DNA from: an uncultured delta proteobacterium
GTDB taxonomy: Bacteria > Myxococcota_A > Polyangia > Fen-1088
Assembly (NCBI GenBank): GCA_963737265.1
Contig: CAVTRY010000024.1
Location: 1 to 21,803 of the forward strand
Direction: 5' to 3'
DNA length: 21,803 nt
Part shown: one piece after another, positions 1 through 9,237 of the stretch
Layout of the letters: every line of letters starts with the position of its first letter
How positions within the stretch are numbered: the first letter of the stretch is position 1
The notes under the pieces: generated by a model
Told to the model about the DNA's origin: nothing
Seen by the model: the letters and a program-made list of their open reading frames with translations, nothing else
Databases searched by the model: none
Position numbers and translations under genes: made by a program

Positions 1-20
1 CCCCGAGTTTCCCCGCTCCT

Positions 21-47
21 CCGATGGATAAATGGCTTACGCCAACT
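21..47 (+). other. Possible dif-like (XerC/XerD) recombination site
   Basis: CCGATGGATAA-ATGGC-TTACGCCAACT. The left arm ends in ATAA like XerC arms, and the right arm resembles the XerD arm TTATGT(T/C)AA(A/G/C)T with two T>C changes. The spacer is 5 bp rather than 6, in an indel-prone stretch. Confidence 0.3.
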
Positions 48-82
48 ATCGGCCTGACAACTCTCCTGCACAGGCCGAAGGG

Positions 83-1125
83 TCACCACATACCAACAGT
101 TAGTGGCCCACTAGTGGCCCGAACGCGGTGAAGCCACGGATGAATCTCGGCCGATGTTCGGACGGCGTTCGGACGTCCGGGCAGGGGACTGCCAGAACGG
201 GATGTACTCGTGGTCGGGCTCGGTCTAACGAATTCAGCCGGTGGGGGCGATGGAGCCTTACCGGTGGGCATCTGCGTGCCGTGGATAAGAGCCAGCACCA
301 GGTGTGTGGTTGCGAGGAACAGATAGAGGATAAGGTAACTTTTAGCCAAGCGCCGGCGTACTCGTCCTTCTGGTTTGCGTTGTGGTGGCGGATGGCGAAG
401 TTGTTCGCGCATACGTCGAACAGACTGCCTCGTCATCCTTCAGCAGGTGCTCTTCACCTCGGGCCGGTAGAACTCCAGCACGTCGGCGAGGTGGCGATTT
501 GCCTGCTTTTGCTCCTCGCGCGTCGATAGACCTCTCCTGAAGGCCCTGACCGCATTGGCGATCTTCGTGATGTTCGTGTCGCCGCAAGCTGGCGGAGCTG
601 GTGCCTCGATGAGTTCAGCCATCCCATCTGGTGCAAGCCGAATTATCTCGCCACCGGGTCGAGCAGCTGCTTTGTATCCATCGCCTTAGACCGCCTCGTT
701 CACCTTGTCGCGCCATTCGGTCTGACCTGCACCGACGCTCCAGTTACCGGCATCCGGATCGAAATGCCATCCGGAGTTACTGTAGCCGTGGTAGTAGCCG
801 GGCTGACCAGGATCCGCGATGTGGTCGAACAGGAATGTCAGAAAACAGAAAACAGCGACACCTCGTTGGTTTTCTTGATGAAGTCGTGGAACCTGGCTTC
901 GATCCGGATTGTGGTCATCCGAAGGAAATGCTTGCTCAGGTCGGTCCCCTTCAGGCCCGGCGTGGCGTGAGCGCTATCGACACACCAGTAGCCGAAGGCT
1001 CGCTGGAACCAGCCCTTTTCTTGGAAGAAGACGAAAGACTCGTAGATCTGAAAGGCGGCTTCGGACAGGGTCCACTTGGGCGGCTCACCCTGCTGTCCAG
1101 CGCGCTCATTGTAGTAGCGCCTCAT
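83..1125 (-). pseudogene. Frameshifted conserved hypothetical protein (~280 aa core), putative Abi/HEPN-like defence protein; 3' end uncertain
   Basis: ORF pieces 838-1125, 440-622, 342-587 and 83-436, plus an unlisted frame at ~690-835, join into one coherent protein: MRRYYNERAG...FQRAFGYWCVD...FLFDHIADPGQPGYYHGYSNSGWHF...EWRDKVNE...LADVLEFYRPEVK..HLLKDDEA.LFD..NNFAIRHHNANQKDEY...YLFLATTHLVLALI. I recognise it as a widespread accessory family. The indels may be sequencing errors. The functional label is inference. Confidence 0.6.
101..175. repeat. Two pairs of 9-bp direct repeats, each with an 11-bp period
   Basis: TAGTGGCCC at 101-109 and 112-120; GTTCGGACG at 156-164 and 167-175. Confidence 0.6.
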
Positions 1126-1966
1126 GTGTGCCTAGCAGTCTAGCAAGTGCCGCCGGCACGATCTGCGTTACAGGAAGTACGGCGACCTCGGGACGGCCGT
1201 TTGTGGCCTACGCCGGGCCAGGTGATGTCTCACGCCGTACGATAGCGAGCCGGTCCGCTCCCTGATCCGGTACCTGAACATGCGTATAGGATCGGTCTCC
1301 GATGGCCGATCGACGACCACCAGCGCCACACGCCCGCGTCCACGCACGACCGTCGGACTCTGCGCGTTCCCTATGCGGGTTAGCTCCGGGGATCGGCGGT
1401 TGGTCGCGCCGCCGAGGGGACTGACGTGTGCCGAGCGCCACCACGAGATTGGTCGGCGGCTCATGTACCCCGGGGACTACGACAGCCGGACTGGCCGGAA
1501 GTTGGGGCGGTAACCCTACCGGGCCGGTCCCAAGCGGTCCCCTCTCTCGTGGCGGTCTCTTATGACGGGAGCCGCGGGATAGTAAGGGCGTTGGTGGGGT
1601 GTCTCGGCAAGCGCGCGCAGTGAGCGATCAGCTCGGCGGCACTCTCGACGCTGTCGTCGCGGCTCGGGTAGCTCCCAGTCACGTGTGCGAGCGTGGCGAG
1701 CTGCAGTAGTACTGGGATAACATCCTCGGCGTCGCGGCGAGCATGGGCGAGCAGGGAGATTGCGGATTCGAGGGTCACGCACTGGTTAACGTACGGACGG
1801 ACGAAAAGTTGCGCCCCCGTTGTTTTGACCGAGCGGTCCCGCCACCACTACCGTGGTCGAAGATCGGCGAGGGCTTGGCGCTTCGCAGTCCTTTCGGCCT
1901 CGGTCGCGATTCTTGGGTTGTGCGCGCCCGTCAAGGCCGCCGGAGAACGTGGGAACCGTCGCCCAG

Positions 1967-2482
1967 ATCGCCTGGGTACGTCTGCTCGCCCTCACTGCGG
2001 CGTGGCCCGATCGCCCCTTCGAGGCCCTCACCGTCGGCCGTTCCCCCGACGGGCGGCGCACGATTTCCAAGGCCCGTATCGCACCGCTGGGACCTGACTC
2101 GGCGAGCCGGCGGATCGCGGCCGAGGTTCATCTGCGCCGGCTCGTCGACCTGTTCGAGCGCGGGATGCGTGAGCCGCTCCCGCTCTATTGCAAGACCTCC
2201 GCCGCATGGGCCGCAGCCGCCGCAGCGGGAGACGACCCTCACCGGGCGGCCGTGGGGTCCTGGGAGTCGGGGCACAACGGGCACAACGAGGACCGGGACA
2301 AGGAGCACGTGCTGGTCCTCGGCGGCGAGCTCACCTTCGATGCCATGGTGGGGCGGTCCGGGGCACCCCGTGACGACGAGGCCGGAGACGGCTGGGAGGT
2401 GTCGGAGTCCTCGCGTTTCGGCCGGTGTGCGCGACGGCTCTGGGACGGGCTACTCGAGCACGAAGAAGTCGACCACCGATGA
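1967..2482 (+). pseudogene. recC: Exodeoxyribonuclease V gamma subunit (RecC), C-terminal fragment only
   Basis: IAWVRLLALTAAWPDRPF...LVDLFERGMREPLPLYCKTSAAWA...SRFGRCARRLWDGLLEHE matches the actinobacterial RecC C-terminus. Its stop overlaps the recB ATG (ATGA at 2479-2482). No RecC-like sequence is seen upstream of ~1960. Confidence 0.85.
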
Positions 2483-5400
2483 CGATCGGTACAGGGGCGA
2501 GCCAGGTCGTCACCGCGGAACCGTTCGACGTCTGCGGGAAGCTGCCCCGAGGCATGACACTGCTGCAAGCCAGCGCGGGAACGGGCAAGACATTCACGAT
2601 TGCGGCGCTCACGACGCGGTACGTGGCGGAGGGCCTGCCCATCGACCGTCTACTCGTCATCACCTTCACCCGGATGGCGACGGGAGAGTTGCGCGAACGG
2701 GTTCGGGAACGACTCGTCCGTGCGTTCGACGGGTTGGTTGCCTCGGTCGATGGAGGAGTGGCTCCATCGGATGACGAGATCGTGCGGCACCTTGCGGAGG
2801 CTCCGAGGGCAGAGGTGGAGAAACGGCGTCACCGGTTGGGCAAGGCCATCGCGGATTTTGACTCGGCCACGATCGAGACAACCCATGGATTCTGCTTGCA
2901 GGTGCTCTACGGACTCGGGACGGCAGGCGACGTCGACCGGGAAGTCACGCTGGTCGAGGACGTGAGCGACCTCTTGGAAGAGGTGGTGGATGACCTCTAC
3001 CTGCGGCGGTTCGCCAACAAGCCCAACGAATACGACTTCTCGCGGGATGCGGCGACGGAGATCGCTACGCGCGTCCTCAACCAACCCGACGCCCGCATCG
3101 TGCCCGATCTGTCCGACGCCGAGGACATGCAGTCCATCCGCCGCCGCTTCGCCAAGGCAGTGCACGCAGAGATGGATCGCCGGAAACGAGCTCTCAAGAT
3201 CCTCACCTACGACGATGTCCTGATCCGTTTGCGCGACACGCTGGCTGACCCCCAGCGTGGTCCTGCGGCCTGCGCGCGGCTGCGGGAGCGCTATGACGTG
3301 GTGCTGGTCGACGAGTTCCAGGACACCGACCCCGTGCAGTGGGAGATCATGCACCGGGCCTTCGGACATCCGGCGGCCACCCTCGTGCTCATCGGGGACC
3401 CCAAGCAGGCCATCTATGCCTTCCGTGGCGCCGATGTCCACGCGTATCTCGACGCCCGCCGGGTGGTGCAAACGGAGTGGACCCTGGACGTGAATTGGCG
3501 GAGTGACGAGGGCCTGCTCGCCGCCTACGACGCGCTGTTCGCCAACGCGCAGCTCGGAGAGGCAGGGATCAACTACCGCACGATCAGCGCCGCCGACACC
3601 AACCGCGTGCCCAGGCTCGTCGGGGCCCCCGTCTCAGCACCGCTGCGGGTGCGTATCGTGCACGCTGACGACCACCTCGTGCGCGTGACGGCGAGGAAGG
3701 GCCAGCCCCAGGCGGCTGCGGCGCGGGACTTCGTGGCCAAGGACCTCGCCGCGGAGGTCGTCTCGCTCCTCACGGCACGGCCCGACGTGATCACGCGCCG
3801 GCGCGACGGGAGCGAGGAGAAGGCCCCGCTGCATCCGGGCCACATCGCGGTGCTGGTGCGGACGAACGGCCACGCCCTTACCGTACGGAACGCCCTCATC
3901 AGAGCGGGCGTGCCCGCCGTCATCGGCGGCTCCGGCTCGGTGTTCGGGACCGAGCCGGCGCGGGACTGGCTGCGCCTGCTCGAGGCGCTCGAGCGGCCGA
4001 CGGCCCGGGACCGGGCGTCGCTTGCCGCGCTGACCTGTTTCGTCGGCTGGACACCACAGAAGGTGGCGACGGCGGGCGAGGACGAGTGGGAGGACCTCCA
4101 CTGGTCGCTGCACCAATGGGCCGCCCTGCTGCGCGACCGCGGCATCGCCTCCCTCTACGCGAGGGTGAGCGGCACCCACGGCGTGCCGGCCCGGGTGCTC
4201 GCGGGCCCATCGGGTGAGCGCGCCATGACGGATCTGCGGCACGTCGCCCAATTGCTGCACGAGGCCGGGATGTCCGACGGCCTGGGTCCGACCGCGACGG
4301 CCAGCTGGCTGGGTCGGCGCATCAACGAAGCCGAGCGCGACACCGAGAACGAGGAACGAGCGCGGCGTCTTGAATCGGACGCGGAGGCCGTTCAGGTGAT
4401 CACGATCCACCGGAGCAAAGGGCTCGAGTTTCCGATCGTGCTTTGTCCCTACATGTGGGGCAGCTACACGCCGACGATCAAGGTCCCGGTGTTCCACGAC
4501 AAGGACAACGAGAATGCCCGCACCATCGACGTTGCAGGCGAGGGTAACGCCTTCACCGTCCACCAGCAGAACCAGCTCGTCGAGGAACGGGGCGAGGACC
4601 TGCGGTTGCTCTATGTCGCGCTCACACGGGCTCAGCACCAGGCGGTTCTGTGGTGGGTAGGCGCGAGTGACTGCCAGCACTCGCCGCTGTCCCGTCTGCT
4701 GTTCGATCGCGATGAGCAGGGCGTGGTGCGCTCGCACGGTTCGGTTGTGCCCACGGACGATGCTGTCGAGACCGCGATCACCGCGCTGGGATCGGAGTTG
4801 GCGGTGCAGCGGGTCGGCCTCCCGTCCGACGAGCGTTGGGAGCGCGACGCCGGCGCGCCCCCGAGGCTCGAAGCCGCGGTCTTCGATCGGCCGCTCGACC
4901 TGGGATGGCGCCGCGTGTCCTATTCGGGCATCACGCGCGCCCTGCACGACCAGCCGGCGATCGGGAGCGAGCCGGAGGAACCGCTCACGTCGGACGAGGA
5001 GCTGCCCGTGGTCACCGTCCGACCTACGCCCGGGCACGCGCCGGAGGAGGAGCGGTTGCGCACGGTCGCCCTGGGCCTGGCCCCCATGCCCGCTGGCGCC
5101 CTGGTGGGGACGCTCGTGCACAGCGTGCTGGAGCGGACGGAGTTCGATGCGTCCGACCTTGTGGCCGAGGTCGGTACGGCGCTGGAGCGCGAGGTCACCT
5201 GGCGCAACGTCGACCTCGGAAGCGTCGACGCAGTGGTCGCGGGTCTGTGCGCCGCCATCGAGTCACCGCTCGGTCCCTTGGTCGGTGACGTCCGGTTGCG
5301 CGACATCCCCCGCCACGACCGGCTCGACGAGCTGGGGTTCGAGATCCCGCTGGTCGGAGGCGAGGTCCCGACGGCGTCCCTGCACGTGGGCACGGTGGCC

Positions 5401-5886
5401 GACCTTTTGGAGGAGCACCTCGACCCGGGCGACCCCGTGGCCCGCTACGCCCAGCGGCTCCGGGACCCCATGCTCCAGGGCGTCCTGCGCGGCTATCTGA
5501 CCGGGAGCCTCGACCTGGTGTTCCGGTTGCCGGGCAACCGGTTCTACCTCGCCGACTACAAGACGAACCGCTTGAGCGCGCCCGACGAGGCCCTCACCGC
5601 ATGGCACTACCGGCCTGATGCCGTCAACGACGAGATGGTGGCCGCCCACTACCCACTGCAGGCGCTGCTCTACGCCGTCGCGCTGCACCGCTACCTGCGG
5701 TGGCGCCTTCCGGGCTACGACCCCGCGCAGCACCTGGGCGGTGTCCTCTATCTCTTCGTGCGTGGGATGAGCGCCAGGGAAACCACACGCATCGGGGATC
5801 AACCATGCGGCGTTTGGTCGTGGCGACCACCAGTTGGCTTGGTCGACTCGCTGAGCGAGCTCTTCGACAGCGGGCGGACCTCGTGA
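2479..5886 (+). CDS. recB: Exodeoxyribonuclease V beta subunit (RecB helicase-nuclease)
   Basis: Walker A ASAGTGKT, LVITFTRMATGELRER, VLVDEFQDT, IGDPKQAIYAFRGAD, TIHRSKGLEF, LLYVALTRA, and the nuclease motif GSLDLVF...LADYKTN. Lies between recC and recD. Confidence 0.96.
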   Translation: MTIGTGASQVVTAEPFDVCGKLPRGMTLLQASAGTGKTFTIAALTTRYVAEGLPIDRLLVITFTRMATGELRERVRERLVRAFDGLVASVDGGVAPSDDEIVRHLAEAPRAEVEKRRHRLGKAIADFDSATIETTHGFCLQVLYGLGTAGDVDREVTLVEDVSDLLEEVVDDLYLRRFANKPNEYDFSRDAATEIATRVLNQPDARIVPDLSDAEDMQSIRRRFAKAVHAEMDRRKRALKILTYDDVLIRLRDTLADPQRGPAACARLRERYDVVLVDEFQDTDPVQWEIMHRAFGHPAATLVLIGDPKQAIYAFRGADVHAYLDARRVVQTEWTLDVNWRSDEGLLAAYDALFANAQLGEAGINYRTISAADTNRVPRLVGAPVSAPLRVRIVHADDHLVRVTARKGQPQAAAARDFVAKDLAAEVVSLLTARPDVITRRRDGSEEKAPLHPGHIAVLVRTNGHALTVRNALIRAGVPAVIGGSGSVFGTEPARDWLRLLEALERPTARDRASLAALTCFVGWTPQKVATAGEDEWEDLHWSLHQWAALLRDRGIASLYARVSGTHGVPARVLAGPSGERAMTDLRHVAQLLHEAGMSDGLGPTATASWLGRRINEAERDTENEERARRLESDAEAVQVITIHRSKGLEFPIVLCPYMWGSYTPTIKVPVFHDKDNENARTIDVAGEGNAFTVHQQNQLVEERGEDLRLLYVALTRAQHQAVLWWVGASDCQHSPLSRLLFDRDEQGVVRSHGSVVPTDDAVETAITALGSELAVQRVGLPSDERWERDAGAPPRLEAAVFDRPLDLGWRRVSYSGITRALHDQPAIGSEPEEPLTSDEELPVVTVRPTPGHAPEEERLRTVALGLAPMPAGALVGTLVHSVLERTEFDASDLVAEVGTALEREVTWRNVDLGSVDAVVAGLCAAIESPLGPLVGDVRLRDIPRHDRLDELGFEIPLVGGEVPTASLHVGTVADLLEEHLDPGDPVARYAQRLRDPMLQGVLRGYLTGSLDLVFRLPGNRFYLADYKTNRLSAPDEALTAWHYRPDAVNDEMVAAHYPLQALLYAVALHRYLRWRLPGYDPAQHLGGVLYLFVRGMSARETTRIGDQPCGVWSWRPPVGLVDSLSELFDSGRTS

Positions 5887-7802
5887 CGTCCGTGGAGACA
5901 CCGGACTCCTACGACAGCGCTCTCGCGCTGCGAGCACCCGGGCTGCTGCGCGCGTTCAACCGAGCGGGGATCCTGTCCACGTCCGACGTGCACGTCGCGC
6001 TGCGGCTGGCGCAGCTGAGCGGGAGCCAGGAGGAGCTGGCATGGCTGGGCGCAGCCTTCGCGGTCCGGGCCCCCCGGCTGGGCCACGTCTGTGTCGACCT
6101 CGAGACCATCCGGGACACCGCCAGCGCGGATACCGATACACCGGCTGACATCGGCGCGTTGCCCTGGCCCGACCCGGAGCAGTGGCTCGAGGTCATGGCC
6201 CGGAGTCTCTTCGTCGCGGAGGACCGCCCGCTCCACCTGTCGGGGACGACCGTGTACCTCAACCGCCTGTGGGTCGACGAGCACTCGGTGGCCACCGACC
6301 TCCTCGAGCGTGCCGCGGGACCAGCCGCCGGCGTCGACGACGCCCTGCTCGCCGCGGGCCTCGATCAGCTCTTCGCGTCGGCGGACGATCCGGATTTCCA
6401 GCGTCTGGCTGCCGCCACCGCGGTGCTGCGCCGGGTGTCGGTGATCGCCGGCGGCCCCGGTACCGGAAAGACCACCACCGTGGCCCGCGTCCTCGCGCTG
6501 CTCGTGGCCCAGGCCGCCGAGACGGGAGGGCGCCAGCCGCTGATCGCGCTGGCCGCACCGACCGGAAAGGCGGCGGCGCGGCTCGAAGAGGCCGTCCGCC
6601 AGGAGGCTGGCGCCATGGCCATCGACCCCGCGATCCGGGCCGGCCTGTCCGTCCTGGAGGGCACGACGCTGCACCGGCTCCTGGGTTCCAACCCCGGCAA
6701 CCGGACCAGGTTCCGCCACGACCGGCTGAACCGGCTGCCGCATGACGTGGTCGTCGTGGACGAGACCTCGATGGTGTCGCTCTCGATGATGGCGCGGGTG
6801 GTGGAGGCGGTCCGCTCCGACGCGCGGCTCATCCTTGTGGGCGACCCAGAGCAGCTGGCCTCCATTGAGGCAGGCGCCGTGCTGGGCGACATCGTCCCGC
6901 CCGGGTCACAACAGGTCTGCATGCGCGAGGAGGCCCGAGACCGCCTCGCGGCGGTCACGCGTCAAGCGGTCCCCCTGCGTGACATGGGCCTCCGCTCGGT
7001 CGTCGGAGACGGCATCGTGGTCCTGAGCAAGGTGCACCGTTTCGGCGGAGCGATCGCGGCGTTGGCCACTGCGATTCAGCATGGTCGGGTGGACGACGCC
7101 TTAACCGTCCTCCTGTCCGGAGACCCAGACGTGCAGTGGATCCCGGCCGACGCCGCGTCGTCGTCGGCCCAAGGTCTGGATGAAGTGCGATCCCTCGCCG
7201 TCGAGTGCGGACGCACCGTGAGGGAGGCGGCGGTCGACGGGGACGCAAAAGGGGCCATCGCGGCGCTGGGCCGGTTCCGCCTCCTGTGTGCGCACCGCCG
7301 CGGACCGGACGGTGTGGCGACCTGGATGCACCAGGTCGAGGGCTGGCTGCGTGCCGAGGTCGACGGATTCTCGAGCGGCGAGGAGTGGTACGTCGGCCGC
7401 CCGCTCATCGTGACGGAGAACGACTACGGGTTGAAGCTCTACAACGGCGATGTGGGGGTAGTCGTCGCCGACGGTGATCGCCGTGTGGCCGCATTTGAAC
7501 GGGGTGCCGAGATCGCTCGGGTGAGCCCGGCCCGGCTGGCCGCCGTCGACACCGTCTACGCGATGACAGTCCACAAGAGCCAGGGGTCACAGTTCGACGT
7601 GGTGGCATTCATGCTGCCGAGCGCCGACTCGCGTGTCTTGACCCGCGAGCTCCTCTACACCGGAGCCACCCGCGCCCGGGAGAGGTTGATCCTGGTGGGA
7701 ACCGAGCATCTCGTTCGAACGGCTATCGAACGGCCGATCACCCGGGCCTCGGGGCTGCGGAAGGCGTTGTGGGGCGAGACCGACCGGTCGTCGGCGACAT
7801 GA
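5883..7802 (+). CDS. recD: Exodeoxyribonuclease V alpha subunit (RecD)
   Basis: GTG start overlaps the recB stop (GTGA). Motifs GGPGTGKTT, AAPTGKAAARL, TLHRLLG, VVDETSMV, LVGDPEQL, LYNGDVG, YAMTVHKSQGSQF and RELLYTGATRA. Confidence 0.95.
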   Translation: MTSVETPDSYDSALALRAPGLLRAFNRAGILSTSDVHVALRLAQLSGSQEELAWLGAAFAVRAPRLGHVCVDLETIRDTASADTDTPADIGALPWPDPEQWLEVMARSLFVAEDRPLHLSGTTVYLNRLWVDEHSVATDLLERAAGPAAGVDDALLAAGLDQLFASADDPDFQRLAAATAVLRRVSVIAGGPGTGKTTTVARVLALLVAQAAETGGRQPLIALAAPTGKAAARLEEAVRQEAGAMAIDPAIRAGLSVLEGTTLHRLLGSNPGNRTRFRHDRLNRLPHDVVVVDETSMVSLSMMARVVEAVRSDARLILVGDPEQLASIEAGAVLGDIVPPGSQQVCMREEARDRLAAVTRQAVPLRDMGLRSVVGDGIVVLSKVHRFGGAIAALATAIQHGRVDDALTVLLSGDPDVQWIPADAASSSAQGLDEVRSLAVECGRTVREAAVDGDAKGAIAALGRFRLLCAHRRGPDGVATWMHQVEGWLRAEVDGFSSGEEWYVGRPLIVTENDYGLKLYNGDVGVVVADGDRRVAAFERGAEIARVSPARLAAVDTVYAMTVHKSQGSQFDVVAFMLPSADSRVLTRELLYTGATRARERLILVGTEHLVRTAIERPITRASGLRKALWGETDRSSAT

Positions 7803-8002
7803 GGCGGATCTTCCTGACAATTCCCTCACACTGAGGTCACGGACGCCGAAACAGTGCGACCTAGGCTCGCAAACAAAGAAAAATCCCTGCTCTCACGCCA
7901 ATTACAGGCTCTACACAGGCAGGATTCAGGGTTCTGTCCCATGATGAGAACTGACATCACTCCGTAACAAAAGCGCGGAGACTGAGCACACGAAGGGTGA
8001 GC

Positions 8003-9205
8003 ATGAAGATCCTGGTTCTCGGCGGAGACGGCTACCTCGGCTGGCCGACCGCCCTTCACCTGTCGGCCCGTGGCCACGAGGTCACCGTCGCCGACAACCT
8101 CGTGCGCCGCGAATACGACCGTGAGATGGGGGTCGACAGCCTCGTCCCCATCGCGCCCCTACCCGATCGGGTGACGCGCTGGGAGCAGGTCTCCGGACGC
8201 GCCATCAACGTGCGCATCGGGAACCTCACTGACGCCGCCTTCACCTACGGCGTGGTCGCCGAGGCCAAGCCCGACGCCATCGTGCACTTCGGCGAACAAC
8301 GCTCGGCGCCGTACTCAATGATCGACCGCGAGCATGCTGTCTACACGCAGGTCAACAACGTGGTGGGCACGCTCAACCTGATGTACGCGATCGCCGAGGT
8401 CGACCCTTCGATCCATCTCGTCAAGCTCGGGACAATGGGCGAGTACGGCTACCCCAATATCGACATCGAAGAGGGGTTCATCGAAATCACGCACAAGGGC
8501 CGCACCGACGTGTTGCCCTTCCCCAAGCAGCCAGGCTCGTTTTACCACCTGTCCAAGGTGCACGACAGCCACAACATCATGTTCGCCTGCCGGGTCTGGG
8601 GGCTGCGCTCCACCGATCTGAACCAGGGGATCGTCTACGGCCAGTCGACCGATGAGACCGATCTCGACCCCGTCCTGGCGACCCGCTTCGACTACGACGG
8701 CGTGTTCGGCACCGTGCTGAATCGGTTCTGCGTCCAGGCCGTCACAGGCCACCCGTTGACCGTCTACGGCGCCGGAGGCCAGACCCGCGGCATGCTCAAC
8801 ATCCGCGACACGCTCGCCTGCGTGACACTGGCCCTCGAGAATCCCGCTGAGGGCGGTGAGTTCCGGGTCTTCAATCAGTTCACCGAGTCGTTCTCGGTGC
8901 GCGAGATGGCCGAGATGGTCAGGCGCGTCTGCCCGACCCGGGTCGACATCGCGGAGGGCCTGTCCAACCCTCGGGTCGAGCACGAGGACCACTATTTCAA
9001 GGCCGCCAACACCAAGCTGCTCGACCTGGGTCTGGAGCCGCACCCCCTCACGGACGACGTCATTTCCGGGATCTTGGGGCTGGTCGAGAGCCACCGAGAC
9101 CGGGTGGACGTCCGCGCGATCGCCCCCACGGTGCAGTGGCGATCTAGCGCCAGCACGCTCACGACGGCCGGGGAGACGCCCGGCGCATCGTTCCTCGCGG
9201 TGTAA
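8003..9205 (+). CDS. sqdB: UDP-sulfoquinovose synthase (SqdB/SQD1/Agl3 family, extended SDR)
   Basis: GGDGYLGWPTALHLS, HFGEQRSAPYSM, HLVKLGTMGEYG, PKQPGSFYHLSKVHDS, TDLNQGIVYG and RFDYDGVFGTVLNRFCVQA are family-diagnostic. An alternative GTG start lies at 7997. Confidence 0.92.
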   Translation: MKILVLGGDGYLGWPTALHLSARGHEVTVADNLVRREYDREMGVDSLVPIAPLPDRVTRWEQVSGRAINVRIGNLTDAAFTYGVVAEAKPDAIVHFGEQRSAPYSMIDREHAVYTQVNNVVGTLNLMYAIAEVDPSIHLVKLGTMGEYGYPNIDIEEGFIEITHKGRTDVLPFPKQPGSFYHLSKVHDSHNIMFACRVWGLRSTDLNQGIVYGQSTDETDLDPVLATRFDYDGVFGTVLNRFCVQAVTGHPLTVYGAGGQTRGMLNIRDTLACVTLALENPAEGGEFRVFNQFTESFSVREMAEMVRRVCPTRVDIAEGLSNPRVEHEDHYFKAANTKLLDLGLEPHPLTDDVISGILGLVESHRDRVDVRAIAPTVQWRSSASTLTTAGETPGASFLAV

Positions 9206-9237
9206 CCCGGCAGTTGCCGCTGTAGGTTCCTGTGGCG

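Noticed and set aside
1140-1960. Small ORFs such as 1560-1778 (-) and 1168-1464 (-)
   Set aside because: They have no recognisable motifs or clear translation signals in an error-rich stretch, so I cannot support a gene call.
3634-5121. Long antisense ORFs over recB, and similar ones over recD, sqdB and gltA
   Set aside because: These are shadow ORFs expected in high-GC coding DNA, with no motifs, opposite well-supported genes.
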